From IMG/VR virus record IMGVR_UViG_3300021399_000133, positions 1 through 64,000 of that record: DNA of 64,000 nucleotides; one strand, written 5' to 3'. Each line of letters begins with the position of its first letter. Position 1 is the stretch's first letter. The DNA is from a virus (taxonomy: Duplodnaviria > Caudoviricetes). A program made the translations under genes and the position numbers. The notes under the pieces were generated by a model. It saw nothing but the letters and a program-made list of their open reading frames with translations, was not told the DNA's origin and did not search any database. Below, piece after piece: positions 7,831-17,376 of the stretch.

Positions 7831-9405
7831 ATGTTAGTTAGTCGAAATATCCCAGTTAATATTAAAGATTTTGCTCCGAAGGATGTTCATAGTTTCATCA
7901 CTTTTGGTAGTAGAATGATATATAAAGATGAGGTTACTTCTACTGTTGGTCGGGGGAATATATTTGCGGTAAAGCAAGGAAAATATGATGAGGCCTATAT
8001 AAATAAGCTTTTGAATAAAGGTGTAACTATCAACTTCCCCTTTAATAACAGAGACTATATTTCATCAGATTACGTTGAGGTATATAAATCTGGGAAGAAG
8101 TATTATAAGACATTCGATATAAAGGCGACAGTTGGCAAGGACGGTACTATTACTTTCTTTGATAAATTTTACTATTATCCTCTGACTCATATCCTACCAA
8201 AATATCGAAAACCTGATGCTACCTGGAACTTTAAATTTCTTAGGTATGAAAATGAAGACCAGGAAGAGTATATAATTCCTGTCATTACTTTTCCGACTAA
8301 GAAAGAGGAGTGGGAGGATATTTTGAAGGCGTTTCTGGAGTTTATGGTTTTTATTAAGGTTCTTTATGGCTCTTGGTTTAAGATTATTTTAACGAAGGAG
8401 AAAGAAGGAGAAGAGAAAACCTTTAGTGAAATTACTCCAGATACTGATTTTAAGAATACCATACTTTCTTTCGCTCCGACAGTATTTGGAACAGTCTATC
8501 GATTCGTTTTCTATCCAAAAATAATGCAGGATATTGCTCAGAGGTTAAATGATGAAGTTTGTAAGAGTTCAGGGTCAGGTGAAATCTCTCTTAGAAATAG
8601 ACTTTTAGGGTATTGTACAAAAACCTATAAAGACGTCTACTTTGCTAATATTGGATCTGGTTCTTGTTTCTTGGATACTGAAGGAATAAGAAAAATGACG
8701 CCTGAAGCAGTAGATACAATCATGAAAGAGGGTGATTCGAAGAGATTAAGAACGGAAATAGACTGGTGTAAGAAAGCGCTTGAAGATAAGAAATACTTAG
8801 TAATGTATAATGATAATGATTCTTCTGTGGCTATTGCTCATGAAGTAGGTCATTATCTTATAGCGAAAGACCCTAAGTTAAAGAATGTTCAGTTACGTGA
8901 TAAAGCAGGCGTATTTTCTGAAGATTTTATTTCTTTTGCTTCATATGTTCTAGGTGGTATTTCTGGTTTTCTATCACTTAAGGCGGGTGTGATTGGTGAA
9001 ATTATATCTGGTTTAGTGGCGTTTGGTCTTAGATCTCCTCTCCTCTTTACTGAATTTTTAGCTTCTTACAAGGGTTATCAACTTTTGGAAGAGAAGATAG
9101 GATGTAGTGAGACAGAACTTAAAAATGCTAAGAAATTTTATCGATTAGCCTGGTTAAGTTATTTAGGAAAGACAACTAAATTTATGTCAGAGGCTAGTGT
9201 TGGTCGGTTAATTGGTAAAGTAGCTAGTCGTGGAATTAAAGGAATAAAAAATAAAATAAAGAAGTATTCTGATATTCCCCAGTTAACAACACCAACAAAA
9301 CAGAGTAAATTTTCTAACTTTCGGAATAAGTTCAATAATTTTAAAGAAGATCCTACAACCCAATCTGTACTAAAAGGGGCTAAATCTTTTATTTTTGGTA
9401 AGTAA
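7831..9405 (+). CDS. two-domain protein; C-terminal membrane zinc metallopeptidase-like domain after internal KTFS
   Basis: AIAHEVGHYL (HExxH), two TM segments, EFLASYKGYQLL (ExxAS); EEKTFSEI linker. Confidence 0.7.
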   Translation: MLVSRNIPVNIKDFAPKDVHSFITFGSRMIYKDEVTSTVGRGNIFAVKQGKYDEAYINKLLNKGVTINFPFNNRDYISSDYVEVYKSGKKYYKTFDIKATVGKDGTITFFDKFYYYPLTHILPKYRKPDATWNFKFLRYENEDQEEYIIPVITFPTKKEEWEDILKAFLEFMVFIKVLYGSWFKIILTKEKEGEEKTFSEITPDTDFKNTILSFAPTVFGTVYRFVFYPKIMQDIAQRLNDEVCKSSGSGEISLRNRLLGYCTKTYKDVYFANIGSGSCFLDTEGIRKMTPEAVDTIMKEGDSKRLRTEIDWCKKALEDKKYLVMYNDNDSSVAIAHEVGHYLIAKDPKLKNVQLRDKAGVFSEDFISFASYVLGGISGFLSLKAGVIGEIISGLVAFGLRSPLLFTEFLASYKGYQLLEEKIGCSETELKNAKKFYRLAWLSYLGKTTKFMSEASVGRLIGKVASRGIKGIKNKIKKYSDIPQLTTPTKQSKFSNFRNKFNNFKEDPTTQSVLKGAKSFIFGK

Positions 9406-9410
9406 ATAAT

Positions 9411-10157
9411 ATGAGAGTTATACGACAAAAATATTTTTCTGCCAAAGAAGTTTTTAAAGGCGCTCTATTAGGATTTGGAACAGGAATCTTCTTTGGTAAA
9501 TCTGTATCTCTTGCTGTTGCTGCTGTTAATAAAGCTTTTGGTAAGAGTTATGGAAAAGCATTTGCACTAACTACTCTGGGTTTAGGAATAATAGGAGCAA
9601 TTATTGGGGGAGTCACTGCTTATTCCATTAGTAATATAAAGAATAAGTTAGAGGATTTTATAAATTGGAAAAGAAAAAATTATAAAGCCCTTGGTAGATT
9701 AGTTAAAAACAGCATTCCCTCTAAATCAGAACTAAACAAAATTAAAATGTTAGTAGATGCAGAGGAGAAATTTAGAAGCCTATGTCCTATTATTCATCAT
9801 CAGCCAGACCTAGGTTATGTAATTAGATATCCACAAACGGATGCCGAGTGGATAGACTTTGTTGGTGCTTCTCTATGGGCTACTAATGCAAAAAACCTAG
9901 GAATTCCAGATGTCTCAACTATTCCCGTTGTTAGTATAAGTCTAGGAGTTGACACTAGAAAAAATAAACCAATCTACTACGCTTTATTCGACCCAATTAA
10001 ACAGACTTATTGGATTGATAAAAATAAAAAGGGATCATTAGAGGATTTTTTCTATCATGCTGTCAAAGATTCTGGAGATAATCGAGAACTAAGGAGAGTT
10101 ACTGGTTTTAAAGATTATAATAAAGCTCTTCTTAATTTTATTGAGGAGAATTTATAA
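9411..10157 (+). CDS. motif-bearing Gly-zipper protein, paralog of 11046-11798
   Basis: MRVIRQKYFS; hydrophobic hairpin; shared DF..WK..N.KAL..L..NS.P and LCP.I..EWID.V.A blocks. Confidence 0.75.
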   Translation: MRVIRQKYFSAKEVFKGALLGFGTGIFFGKSVSLAVAAVNKAFGKSYGKAFALTTLGLGIIGAIIGGVTAYSISNIKNKLEDFINWKRKNYKALGRLVKNSIPSKSELNKIKMLVDAEEKFRSLCPIIHHQPDLGYVIRYPQTDAEWIDFVGASLWATNAKNLGIPDVSTIPVVSISLGVDTRKNKPIYYALFDPIKQTYWIDKNKKGSLEDFFYHAVKDSGDNRELRRVTGFKDYNKALLNFIEENL

Positions 10158-10168
10158 AATTAGATATT

Positions 10169-10567
10169 ATGAAAGTAATTAGATATAAGACTTTTTCAGA
10201 TAAAGGAAAAGATAGACCAGCATTAAGTACTGTTAATTCTCATCGTGGTCTTGGTAGATCTCTTGTACTTGGTGGTTTATTTGGTGCTGGTGGTGGCTTA
10301 GCGGGGAAGATGAAAGCTGATGACCTAGACGCTAAAGGTATGACAGATGAAGCAATTGTTCGTAGATCTAGTAAACATGCAGCAAAAGTAGGCGGTGTGA
10401 CTGGAGCTGTTAGAGGAGCTGCGTATGGTGCTTTAGCTAGTGGTCCGGTTGCAATAATTCCAGGTGCTGTTGCTGGTGGTATTCTCTCAGGTGCGGGTGC
10501 TTATCTTGGTGCTAAGAAAAATGCGCAAACTCGTATTAAGAAGAGAAAAGAATTAATGAATAAATAA
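10169..10567 (+). CDS. motif-bearing Gly-zipper protein (SHRG/GAKKN family)
   Basis: MKVIRYKTFSD; SHRGLGRSL..G; GAKKN. Confidence 0.78.
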   Translation: MKVIRYKTFSDKGKDRPALSTVNSHRGLGRSLVLGGLFGAGGGLAGKMKADDLDAKGMTDEAIVRRSSKHAAKVGGVTGAVRGAAYGALASGPVAIIPGAVAGGILSGAGAYLGAKKNAQTRIKKRKELMNK

Positions 10568-10581
10568 ATAGGAGGATTTTT

Positions 10582-11049
10582 ATGGTTATTTATAGATATA
10601 AGACTTTCTCAGATGAAGATAAAAAGATTTCTCTTAAGTCAGTGAAATCTCATCGTGGTCTTGGTAGATCTCTTGCTCTTGGTTATCTCCCTGCCTCTTT
10701 AGCCGCACGTAGTACAAAGAAACTTGCTAATAAGCTTGATGAAGAGGGCGCATCTGAAGCAGAAATTATTGAGAAAGTAGGAAAAGCAGGTGGAAAGCGC
10801 GGTGCTATTGCTAATGCTGCTACTTTTGGTACTCTTGGTGCTGCTAACGGAGGTGCTCTTGGTCTATTAGCTGCTGACGCCCTTAAGAAAAGTACGAAAA
10901 AAGGGGCAATAGCTGGTAGTATTCTTGGTGGTGTAGCTGGATTATCTACTGCAGTGCCTGGCTATATTGCTGGTAAAATGGGTGCTAAGAAAAATGCACA
11001 AGATAGATTGAGAAAGCGTAGAGAGCTTGAAAGAGACTTGAGAAAATGA
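10582..11049 (+). CDS. motif-bearing Gly-zipper protein (SHRG/GAKKN family)
   Basis: MVIYRYKTFSD; shares DNA block ctcatcgtggtcttggtagatctcttg with the previous gene. Confidence 0.78.
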   Translation: MVIYRYKTFSDEDKKISLKSVKSHRGLGRSLALGYLPASLAARSTKKLANKLDEEGASEAEIIEKVGKAGGKRGAIANAATFGTLGAANGGALGLLAADALKKSTKKGAIAGSILGGVAGLSTAVPGYIAGKMGAKKNAQDRLRKRRELERDLRK

Positions 11050-11798
11050 TAGTACAAAGGCAATATTCGCTTAATTCTTTCATTAATATAGTAAAAGGAG
11101 CTAAAGCAGGCGCAATAGTGTCAGTGTCTTTAGGTCTTCTTGTTGGTGCTGTTGTTTCTCTCTTTGCAAAAAGTGGAAATAGACTTAGATCATTTCTTCT
11201 TGGTTTAGGAGTTACTACGTTAGGTGGGGCGATTGTTGGTGCATTGTGTTCAGTAAAGTCTAAGTCTGGTTTGGAAGATAAGATAAAAGACTTTGTTAGA
11301 TGGAAGAATGAGAATGCTAAAGCTCTTGAAACTCTAGCTACCAATAGTCAACCACCTTCATCTGATTTAGGAAAGATTAAGCGATTAATTATAGAGGAGA
11401 AGGATATTAGAAAGCTTTGTCCTGAAATTTATAATAATGATGCGGGCTATTATGATATTTATCTCCCATCTTCTCCGGCTGAATGGATTGATGTAGTTGC
11501 TGCTTATGAATATTCTATTTTTCAGAGTGAGGACTATGTAATTCCAGTAAAGGGAAAAATTCCATGTGTTTCGGTTATCAATGAAGCACTTTTTGAAAAC
11601 GTTGAGTTTATTTTGTTCTATGACCCAATTTTGAAAACCTACAATTTTTACGGTAAACCATGCACTCTTAAGGATTTCTTTTTAAGGGTTATTGATTTAT
11701 GTAAGAAAGAAGGTATTGATGTAGAGTTTTCTGATCCTGAGTCATTTGAAAAATACAATCAAGCTTTTAAAGGTTTGATAAATAAATATCTAAAGTGA
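11046..11798 (+). CDS. motif-bearing Gly-zipper protein, paralog of 9411-10157
   Basis: MIVQRQYS; hydrophobic hairpin and shared C-terminal domain. Confidence 0.75.
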   Translation: MIVQRQYSLNSFINIVKGAKAGAIVSVSLGLLVGAVVSLFAKSGNRLRSFLLGLGVTTLGGAIVGALCSVKSKSGLEDKIKDFVRWKNENAKALETLATNSQPPSSDLGKIKRLIIEEKDIRKLCPEIYNNDAGYYDIYLPSSPAEWIDVVAAYEYSIFQSEDYVIPVKGKIPCVSVINEALFENVEFILFYDPILKTYNFYGKPCTLKDFFLRVIDLCKKEGIDVEFSDPESFEKYNQAFKGLINKYLK

Positions 11799-12598
11799 TG
11801 AAAACTTTAAAATTAGGGATGAGTGGTGGTAGTAATTTAGATCTCTTATGTCAGTTATTGGGTGTTAATTATCGTGAGAACTTTGACTCAGATCTCGATT
11901 CTATCATCAAGAAATTTCAAGAGTCACATGATTTAGTGTCTGATGGTATTGTGGGATATAATACTTGGAAGGCCATAATCTTAAGTTATCGGGAGAAATT
12001 TCAGAATAACAGTAACATAACGGACTGGGATTATTCTATGTTTGCTCAGTTACTTGGTTGTGATCCTGCCTGTCTTAAAGCGGTTCAGAGGGTAGAAACG
12101 GGAGGTAAAGGTGGATTTGAAGCCCCTGGTAAACCTCAGATCTTATTTGAAGGTCATGTTTTTTATCGTGAATTAAAGGCACTCGGTAAGGATGTAGAGT
12201 CCTTGTGTAAAACTCATCCAAACATAGTATATAAAAAATGGACTAAAGGAAAGTACTTAGGTGGTATTAAGGAGTGGTCTAGATTAGAAGAAGCCATGGA
12301 GATAGATAGGTCTTGTGCAATTAAATCTGCTTCGTGGGGTATGTTTCAGATCATGGGAAATAATTATAAGAATTGTGGTTGTGGATCTGTTGAGGAGTTT
12401 TATAATCTCATGTGTAAAAATCAGTTCTCTCAGTTTATGTTGGGAATGGAATTTATGAAGCGATCTAATCTAGTAACACATTTGATTTCTAAGAATTGGT
12501 CTGCATTTGCTCGTGGTTATAATGGGCCGGGATATGCAGCAAATAAGTATGATTCTAAGTTAAAAGATGCATATTTGAAGTTCTCAAGGTCAAATTGA
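11795..12598 (+). CDS. endolysin: PG-binding domain plus N-acetylmuramidase (DUF3380-type)
   Basis: KFQESHDLVSDGIVGYNTW (PG_binding_1); VETGG, ILFEGHVF, SASWGMFQIMGNNY, FARGYNGPGY. Confidence 0.92.
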   Translation: MMKTLKLGMSGGSNLDLLCQLLGVNYRENFDSDLDSIIKKFQESHDLVSDGIVGYNTWKAIILSYREKFQNNSNITDWDYSMFAQLLGCDPACLKAVQRVETGGKGGFEAPGKPQILFEGHVFYRELKALGKDVESLCKTHPNIVYKKWTKGKYLGGIKEWSRLEEAMEIDRSCAIKSASWGMFQIMGNNYKNCGCGSVEEFYNLMCKNQFSQFMLGMEFMKRSNLVTHLISKNWSAFARGYNGPGYAANKYDSKLKDAYLKFSRSN

Positions 12599-12624
12599 GT
12601 GTCTTTTTGTGCAATTCTTACTTA

Positions 12625-12676
12625 AATTTTCCACTTTTTTAGCCATTCTGTGTGACATTTTCTTTATACAATGAAA
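12625..12676 (+). promoter_or_regulatory. 52-bp repeated upstream element, copy 2 (upstream of portal)
   Basis: near-identical to 304-355. Confidence 0.65.
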
Positions 12677-12698
12677 TTTATATATTAAAAATTCGATT

Positions 12699-14399
12699 AT
12701 GAAAAAGTCCGATAATTTATTTCAAAAGTTATTCGGATCGTTTGCTATCGGTTCTAGTCGTATTCCTATTCGGAGCAATATTTACAATGGTGGGAATGGA
12801 TACTCTGCAATTGGATCGACGGGGACTTCAAGATTATTTGAAATCGATAGAAGGTCACCTCTCTTAGGAAATTCAAGTGCATCAAATCGATTGTCTGGTT
12901 ACTTAGATAGAATCATTGAGCTTAAGGGTTATCAGCTTCTAGATATTAGTAAACTCGCTACTAACTTCTTTGCTGATTACTTGATAAACTTTCTCTTGGA
13001 CAGTAACAGACAGCAGGTAGTAACGATCTTGAATGCCGAAGGTGAGAATGACGCAACTAAGACAGATAGAATTAATGATATTCTGACTAAAGATATTCGC
13101 CTGTTTGATTTTATTAGGGATCATATTCAGGATTACGTTTTCTTTGGTGAATATTATGCTCTCTTACAGAAGACTAAGGATGAATTAGGTTATGTAAAGT
13201 TTCGGATTGAGGAATTGAATGACCCTGTCTCGGTTATTATCAAGAAATCACGAAACAAAGAGGGCGAGATGGAGGAAAAATTCTTGGCAAAAGGAAATGA
13301 TGGAACTATGTATGAAATTCCTAGAGATGAGGTAATTTACATAGCTTCTAATAATCTTCGCCTGGTTAATGATTTGAATTCAGGTTGGAAAGAACAATAT
13401 GGTCAGCACAAGATTGATCTAGGGAAAGATAAAGAAACTAATCGTGAAAAAGTCATTAAGAAAGAATCCTACACTGCCTCTGAGCCTTTATTCTATCCTT
13501 TGATTTTGAAGATTAAGGAGTTGACAGTCAAAGAGTTACTAGTTTCACTTATATCACTTAGAGACCTTTCATCTGTTCAAATATTTCTTCTTCAATTTGA
13601 TAAGTCTGTTCCTCTTGAGTCTGCCCAGGAGTTATGTGCTAGAGCGACTAAACTTGCCAATAATACGAATGAACTGGCTTCTTTCTTGACCTCTCAGTTT
13701 GATGTTACTTCTTTTATTGAGAATACATTAACTCAGAGTGCGAAGTTTGTGCCTGATTATAATTCGACGATTGGTGGTAAGAATAGTATGTTGCCTCTGG
13801 ATAAGTTGTCTGAGAAGCTCTTGGACATTATGCAGTCTCTTGATAGTAATAAAGCGAATGTTCTTGGTTCCTTGGGTCTTCCGTCAACGCTCCTTGATTC
13901 TACTTCTGGCTCAAAATGGGTAGTACTTCAGCAATCCGAACGAGCAAATTCTAGAGTCGCCGCGTTTATGACAGGTATTAAAGACTCAGTTACTAATCTT
14001 GTTTGCTCTATTTATCGTCAACTATATGGAGAGGAATTAGATCCTGCCTTGATTAGACTTCATATTAGCGAGAAGACAAGTGTAGAATATAATAATCAGA
14101 TCAACCAGTCAGAGTCTATTAATAATCTCTTGCAGGGTGTATCTAATGTATTCCAGAGTGCGATTCAGACACTTGATATTACTTCTCCTTTAATTGAACC
14201 AAAGGCATTCTTAACCTATATTCAAAATTTGGTTAAAGATATAGACCCGAATACAGAGTCTATTATAACGGAGGAGACGGTTGAGAAATTCTTAGCTTTA
14301 CAGAATGCTAAAGTTAATTCTCAGTTTGAACAATTAGGAGTTGATCCTAGTACAATTCAAGCTCCAGAACAACAACAACCAAAAACAAAATTTGATTAA
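12699..14399 (+). CDS. portal protein (T4 gp20-like)
   Basis: 566 aa; YVFFGEYY and KANVLGSLGLPSTLL blocks; lies upstream of protease/scaffold/capsid. Confidence 0.82.
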   Translation: MKKSDNLFQKLFGSFAIGSSRIPIRSNIYNGGNGYSAIGSTGTSRLFEIDRRSPLLGNSSASNRLSGYLDRIIELKGYQLLDISKLATNFFADYLINFLLDSNRQQVVTILNAEGENDATKTDRINDILTKDIRLFDFIRDHIQDYVFFGEYYALLQKTKDELGYVKFRIEELNDPVSVIIKKSRNKEGEMEEKFLAKGNDGTMYEIPRDEVIYIASNNLRLVNDLNSGWKEQYGQHKIDLGKDKETNREKVIKKESYTASEPLFYPLILKIKELTVKELLVSLISLRDLSSVQIFLLQFDKSVPLESAQELCARATKLANNTNELASFLTSQFDVTSFIENTLTQSAKFVPDYNSTIGGKNSMLPLDKLSEKLLDIMQSLDSNKANVLGSLGLPSTLLDSTSGSKWVVLQQSERANSRVAAFMTGIKDSVTNLVCSIYRQLYGEELDPALIRLHISEKTSVEYNNQINQSESINNLLQGVSNVFQSAIQTLDITSPLIEPKAFLTYIQNLVKDIDPNTESIITEETVEKFLALQNAKVNSQFEQLGVDPSTIQAPEQQQPKTKFD

Positions 14400-14755
14400 T
14401 GGCTAAAGAAGAGAAGAAACAGCTAACGCCAGAAGAGAAAGTGGCATTGGCGAAGAAAGGATTGGCAGGTGGAATTGCAACGACTGGCCTTGGTGGTGCA
14501 ATGGTTGGTGGTGGTTATGCTTTGGATTGGATGAAGAAGCACAATATTGATCCAGAAAAGATGGGTAAGTATTATAAAAAGCTTGACAAAAGTGGTAAGA
14601 GCGCTTGGAATAAGAATAGTACTAAGCTTAAAGCCACAGGAGCCTTAGTAACTACCGCTGGTCTTGGTGTAACTGGTTATACTGCCTATCAACACTACAA
14701 AAATAAGAAGAAACTAGAGGAGAAAAAAGATGAGACTAAAGAGGATAAGAAGTAA
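14399..14755 (+). CDS. Gly-rich two-TM small protein with Lys tail
   Basis: GLAGGIATTGLGGAMVGGG; TTAGLGVTGYTAYQHYKNKKK resembles the C-terminus of 2588-3496. Confidence 0.72.
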   Translation: MAKEEKKQLTPEEKVALAKKGLAGGIATTGLGGAMVGGGYALDWMKKHNIDPEKMGKYYKKLDKSGKSAWNKNSTKLKATGALVTTAGLGVTGYTAYQHYKNKKKLEEKKDETKEDKK

Positions 14756-15122
14756 ACTGTTTTCTCAGCCTCAACCAACTCCAATAGATAATAATTCGGG
14801 ACAACAACAGCCACCAACCCCAGGATTTGGTACTTCGGGGAATATTACTTCTAAAGATCTGATGCTTGAGCAGATGAGACAGCAGAGGCAATGGTTACAA
14901 ACTCAAAGGCTTAGACAAAGACTTCAAGCCCAAGAGAAACGCGATCAAATGAAAGCCTCAATGATGAATCAGAAGCGACAAAACGAAGAAGACAAGCAGG
15001 ATCTTAAAAATAGTATTAATATTAAGAAGGTAGAAAACCAATCTTCTGAGGCTGAAGCAAAGAATGTTGGTCTATATAAAACAAGATCTAGAGCTTTACA
15101 ACCTGTCCCGATGAAACATTAA
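14730..15122 (+). CDS. Gln-rich coiled-coil putative head-cargo protein
   Basis: MRLKRIRSKLFSQ motif. Confidence 0.7.
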   Translation: MRLKRIRSKLFSQPQPTPIDNNSGQQQPPTPGFGTSGNITSKDLMLEQMRQQRQWLQTQRLRQRLQAQEKRDQMKASMMNQKRQNEEDKQDLKNSINIKKVENQSSEAEAKNVGLYKTRSRALQPVPMKH

Positions 15123-15132
15123 ATTAAAGATT

Positions 15133-15246
15133 ATGGTTGAGCTCAAAGAAAAAACATTTACCCAAGATGTTGAAGATGCTGAAAAAGAGCGAAAACAACG
15201 AGAGAAGGGCAATGTTTTCAATCCACTAAAATCTGGTTGGAGATGA
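15133..15246 (+). CDS. 37-aa motif-bearing peptide missed by ORF track
   Basis: MVELKEKTFTQDVEDAEKERKQREKGNVFNPLKSGWR*; gattATG context; its TGA overlaps the next ATG. Confidence 0.65.
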   Translation: MVELKEKTFTQDVEDAEKERKQREKGNVFNPLKSGWR

Positions 15247-15491
15247 TAATCAAGAGAAGTCGATTATATTCTGGCTATGGGGAAGTAAACCTAAATGGAA
15301 TTGGGTACCAGTCAGCTCAATTAACTGATAACTACCTATTAAATCCAGCAGAGAAAGTAGTCGACTCTGTATCTGATTCACCAGCTGGAAATATAAAACC
15401 AGTTAAAAAGAAACTTAACTTGGTTAAACGGATTGTCTCTCCTATGAGAACTATTATCAAAAATCATAGGAAAGATAAGAAGATTAAATAA
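15243..15491 (+). CDS. small motif-bearing protein (start revised to ATG 15243)
   Basis: MIIKRSRLYSG; ATGA coupling to upstream peptide. Confidence 0.7.
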   Translation: MIIKRSRLYSGYGEVNLNGIGYQSAQLTDNYLLNPAEKVVDSVSDSPAGNIKPVKKKLNLVKRIVSPMRTIIKNHRKDKKIK

Positions 15492-15515
15492 TTTTTTTAA
15501 ATTAATTGTATTATT

Positions 15516-15974
15516 ATGTACATTCGTCGTAAGGTATTTTCTGTAGTAATGGATGAGGCTACAGGTGAACAGAAGCTCTTCTCTACTAATGAGATTATTT
15601 CTGAAGAGGCATATCTCCAGAAGGTTTATGCTGAGGCAGAAGAGGAAGAGCAAGAAAAAGCTTCTAAGAAGGCTAAGGCAAAGAAGATTGCTAAGGAAGC
15701 TGCTATCGTTGGCGGTACTGGTGCTGGTTTAGCTGCTGGTGGTGTTGGTGCTTATTATGGTACTAAAGCACTTGCTGGTATGAAGGATGGCGGCAAGGTT
15801 AAGAATGCTATTAAGAGCGGTGCAGGTAAGGTTGTTGAATTTGCAAGTAAGCACCCGAAGACTACTGCTGGTATTGCTGTAGCTGCTCCTGTTGTTGCTG
15901 CTGGTACTGTTGCAGGTGTTCGTGCTTATAAGCGTAAGAAGGCAGCTAAGAAGGCCGCTGAGTCTGCTGAATAA
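15516..15974 (+). CDS. motif-bearing Gly/Ala two-TM protein
   Basis: MYIRRKVFS, internal QKLFS and QKVYA; KHPKTTAGIAVAAPVVAAG..AYKRKK. Confidence 0.78.
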   Translation: MYIRRKVFSVVMDEATGEQKLFSTNEIISEEAYLQKVYAEAEEEEQEKASKKAKAKKIAKEAAIVGGTGAGLAAGGVGAYYGTKALAGMKDGGKVKNAIKSGAGKVVEFASKHPKTTAGIAVAAPVVAAGTVAGVRAYKRKKAAKKAAESAE

Positions 15975-15997
15975 TTCAACCCTCAACTAACATAAAG

Positions 15998-16432
15998 ATG
16001 ATTCTTAGACTTAAACGAAAGTACTTTTCAGGAAGGAATGTTTCTGAGTATGACGTTACTGATGATTATAAGACCATGACAGATGCTGAGTTATTGGCTG
16101 AGGAGAAGAAATCCAATGCTGATACCTATAAAAAGGCAGCTAGAATTGGTGGTTATGGTGCTGGAGCAGGAGCTTTAGCAGGATCAATCATTGGTGGTGT
16201 GGCTAAGAAATCTTTGAAAGGTGCTGGAATTGGGGCTGCGGTTGGTGCTTTGGCTGGTGGAGTAACTGGAACTGGTGCTGGTCTTGCTATTACTCATAAA
16301 GATAGAGAGCGTAATAGATTTATTAATGATCGCCTTAGTTATGCACAGAAGCTAGCTGAACGTAGAGAGCGCCGAGATTGGGTAGCGAATCATCGAAGAA
16401 GAGTTGGCTATTCTTTCGGCAACCCTAATTAA
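15998..16432 (+). CDS. motif-bearing Gly-zipper protein
   Basis: MILRLKRKYFSG; GxxxG hairpin. Confidence 0.78.
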   Translation: MILRLKRKYFSGRNVSEYDVTDDYKTMTDAELLAEEKKSNADTYKKAARIGGYGAGAGALAGSIIGGVAKKSLKGAGIGAAVGALAGGVTGTGAGLAITHKDRERNRFINDRLSYAQKLAERRERRDWVANHRRRVGYSFGNPN

Positions 16433-16440
16433 TAATATTT

Positions 16441-16495
16441 TCCCACAGTTAAGTTGAAATATGACTTATTCTGTTCGATCAGGCTGTGGGAACTA
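16441..16495 (+). ncRNA. 55-nt tRNA-mimic element, copy B
   Basis: tcccacagt/gctgtggga; taagtt-GAAATAT-gactta; ctg-TTCGAT-cag; a-CTA. Confidence 0.78.
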
Positions 16496-16607
16496 ATTCA
16501 GATGTTTTGTTATGCACATGATGTTAGAGAGGCCTTGGAGTTAATTCCTTGGTTTCTCTTCCGGCTGTGTGATAATGAAACTATAAACCATTAAAATTCA
16601 AATAATT

Positions 16608-17285
16608 ATGCCGTCTCTAAAATCAGTTAACCCTTTTGATGATCCCAGTTTTAAAAAAGAGATCATGGCGTCTGAAGGAGTGGTTAGTGTGGTTGATGAG
16701 GAGGACGAACTTAAATCTATTATATCATCAGCCCCAAAAATACCTACTTCCGCCAAAAACATGATTCTTGATGCAACAGCTCTAGCCAAAAATAATAAAG
16801 AGCAAAAGGCACAAGAGATGACTAGGGCTTTGTCACAGGTATTTACAGATTATAACAAGGAATATGGATTAGATTTGGAGGTAGACTTTTCAAATCTTTC
16901 CAAGACTTTAGTTAATTGTGCTGATCCTAACACTAGAAGAACATTAGAGCTTTATACATCAGAATTATTTAAATCTATAAAGCCTCTTCTTCTAATACAT
17001 TTGATTAATAAACTTTCCATTGCAGTTGACTATGTACTTCAGCCAGAGATAATGATGTCAGAGCAATTTTCCGCTGCCGATGTTTTCTTAATGGTTGAAA
17101 AGTTAATGCAATTTATTCAGAACCTTGATGATATTCTCAAACAGGCCTCAATACCAGACTCTGATAAATTACTTCAGAAATTGGCCGAGGAACATCATGA
17201 TCAAGGGTTAGATAGTCCAGAATCAAAAGAGGCAATCGACAGCTTTATGAAACTTTTTAAAAATGATAATGGACTAAGCAAATAA
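16608..17285 (+). CDS. acidic helical hypothetical protein (possibly a terminase small subunit)
   Basis: 225-aa helical ORF in the head module lacking the shared N-terminal motif; function not established. Confidence 0.6.
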   Translation: MPSLKSVNPFDDPSFKKEIMASEGVVSVVDEEDELKSIISSAPKIPTSAKNMILDATALAKNNKEQKAQEMTRALSQVFTDYNKEYGLDLEVDFSNLSKTLVNCADPNTRRTLELYTSELFKSIKPLLLIHLINKLSIAVDYVLQPEIMMSEQFSAADVFLMVEKLMQFIQNLDDILKQASIPDSDKLLQKLAEEHHDQGLDSPESKEAIDSFMKLFKNDNGLSK

Positions 17286-17376
17286 TATTTTCTACACTAG
17301 GTCTTAGGGGAGGGAGGTAGAATAATAAATGATAATCAGACCTTTAAACCTAACCCAATATTCAAAGTTTAAAGTT

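Noticed and set aside
16608-17285. Firm call as terminase small subunit
   Set aside because: Only size, helicity and location fit; it is far from terL and has no diagnostic motif.
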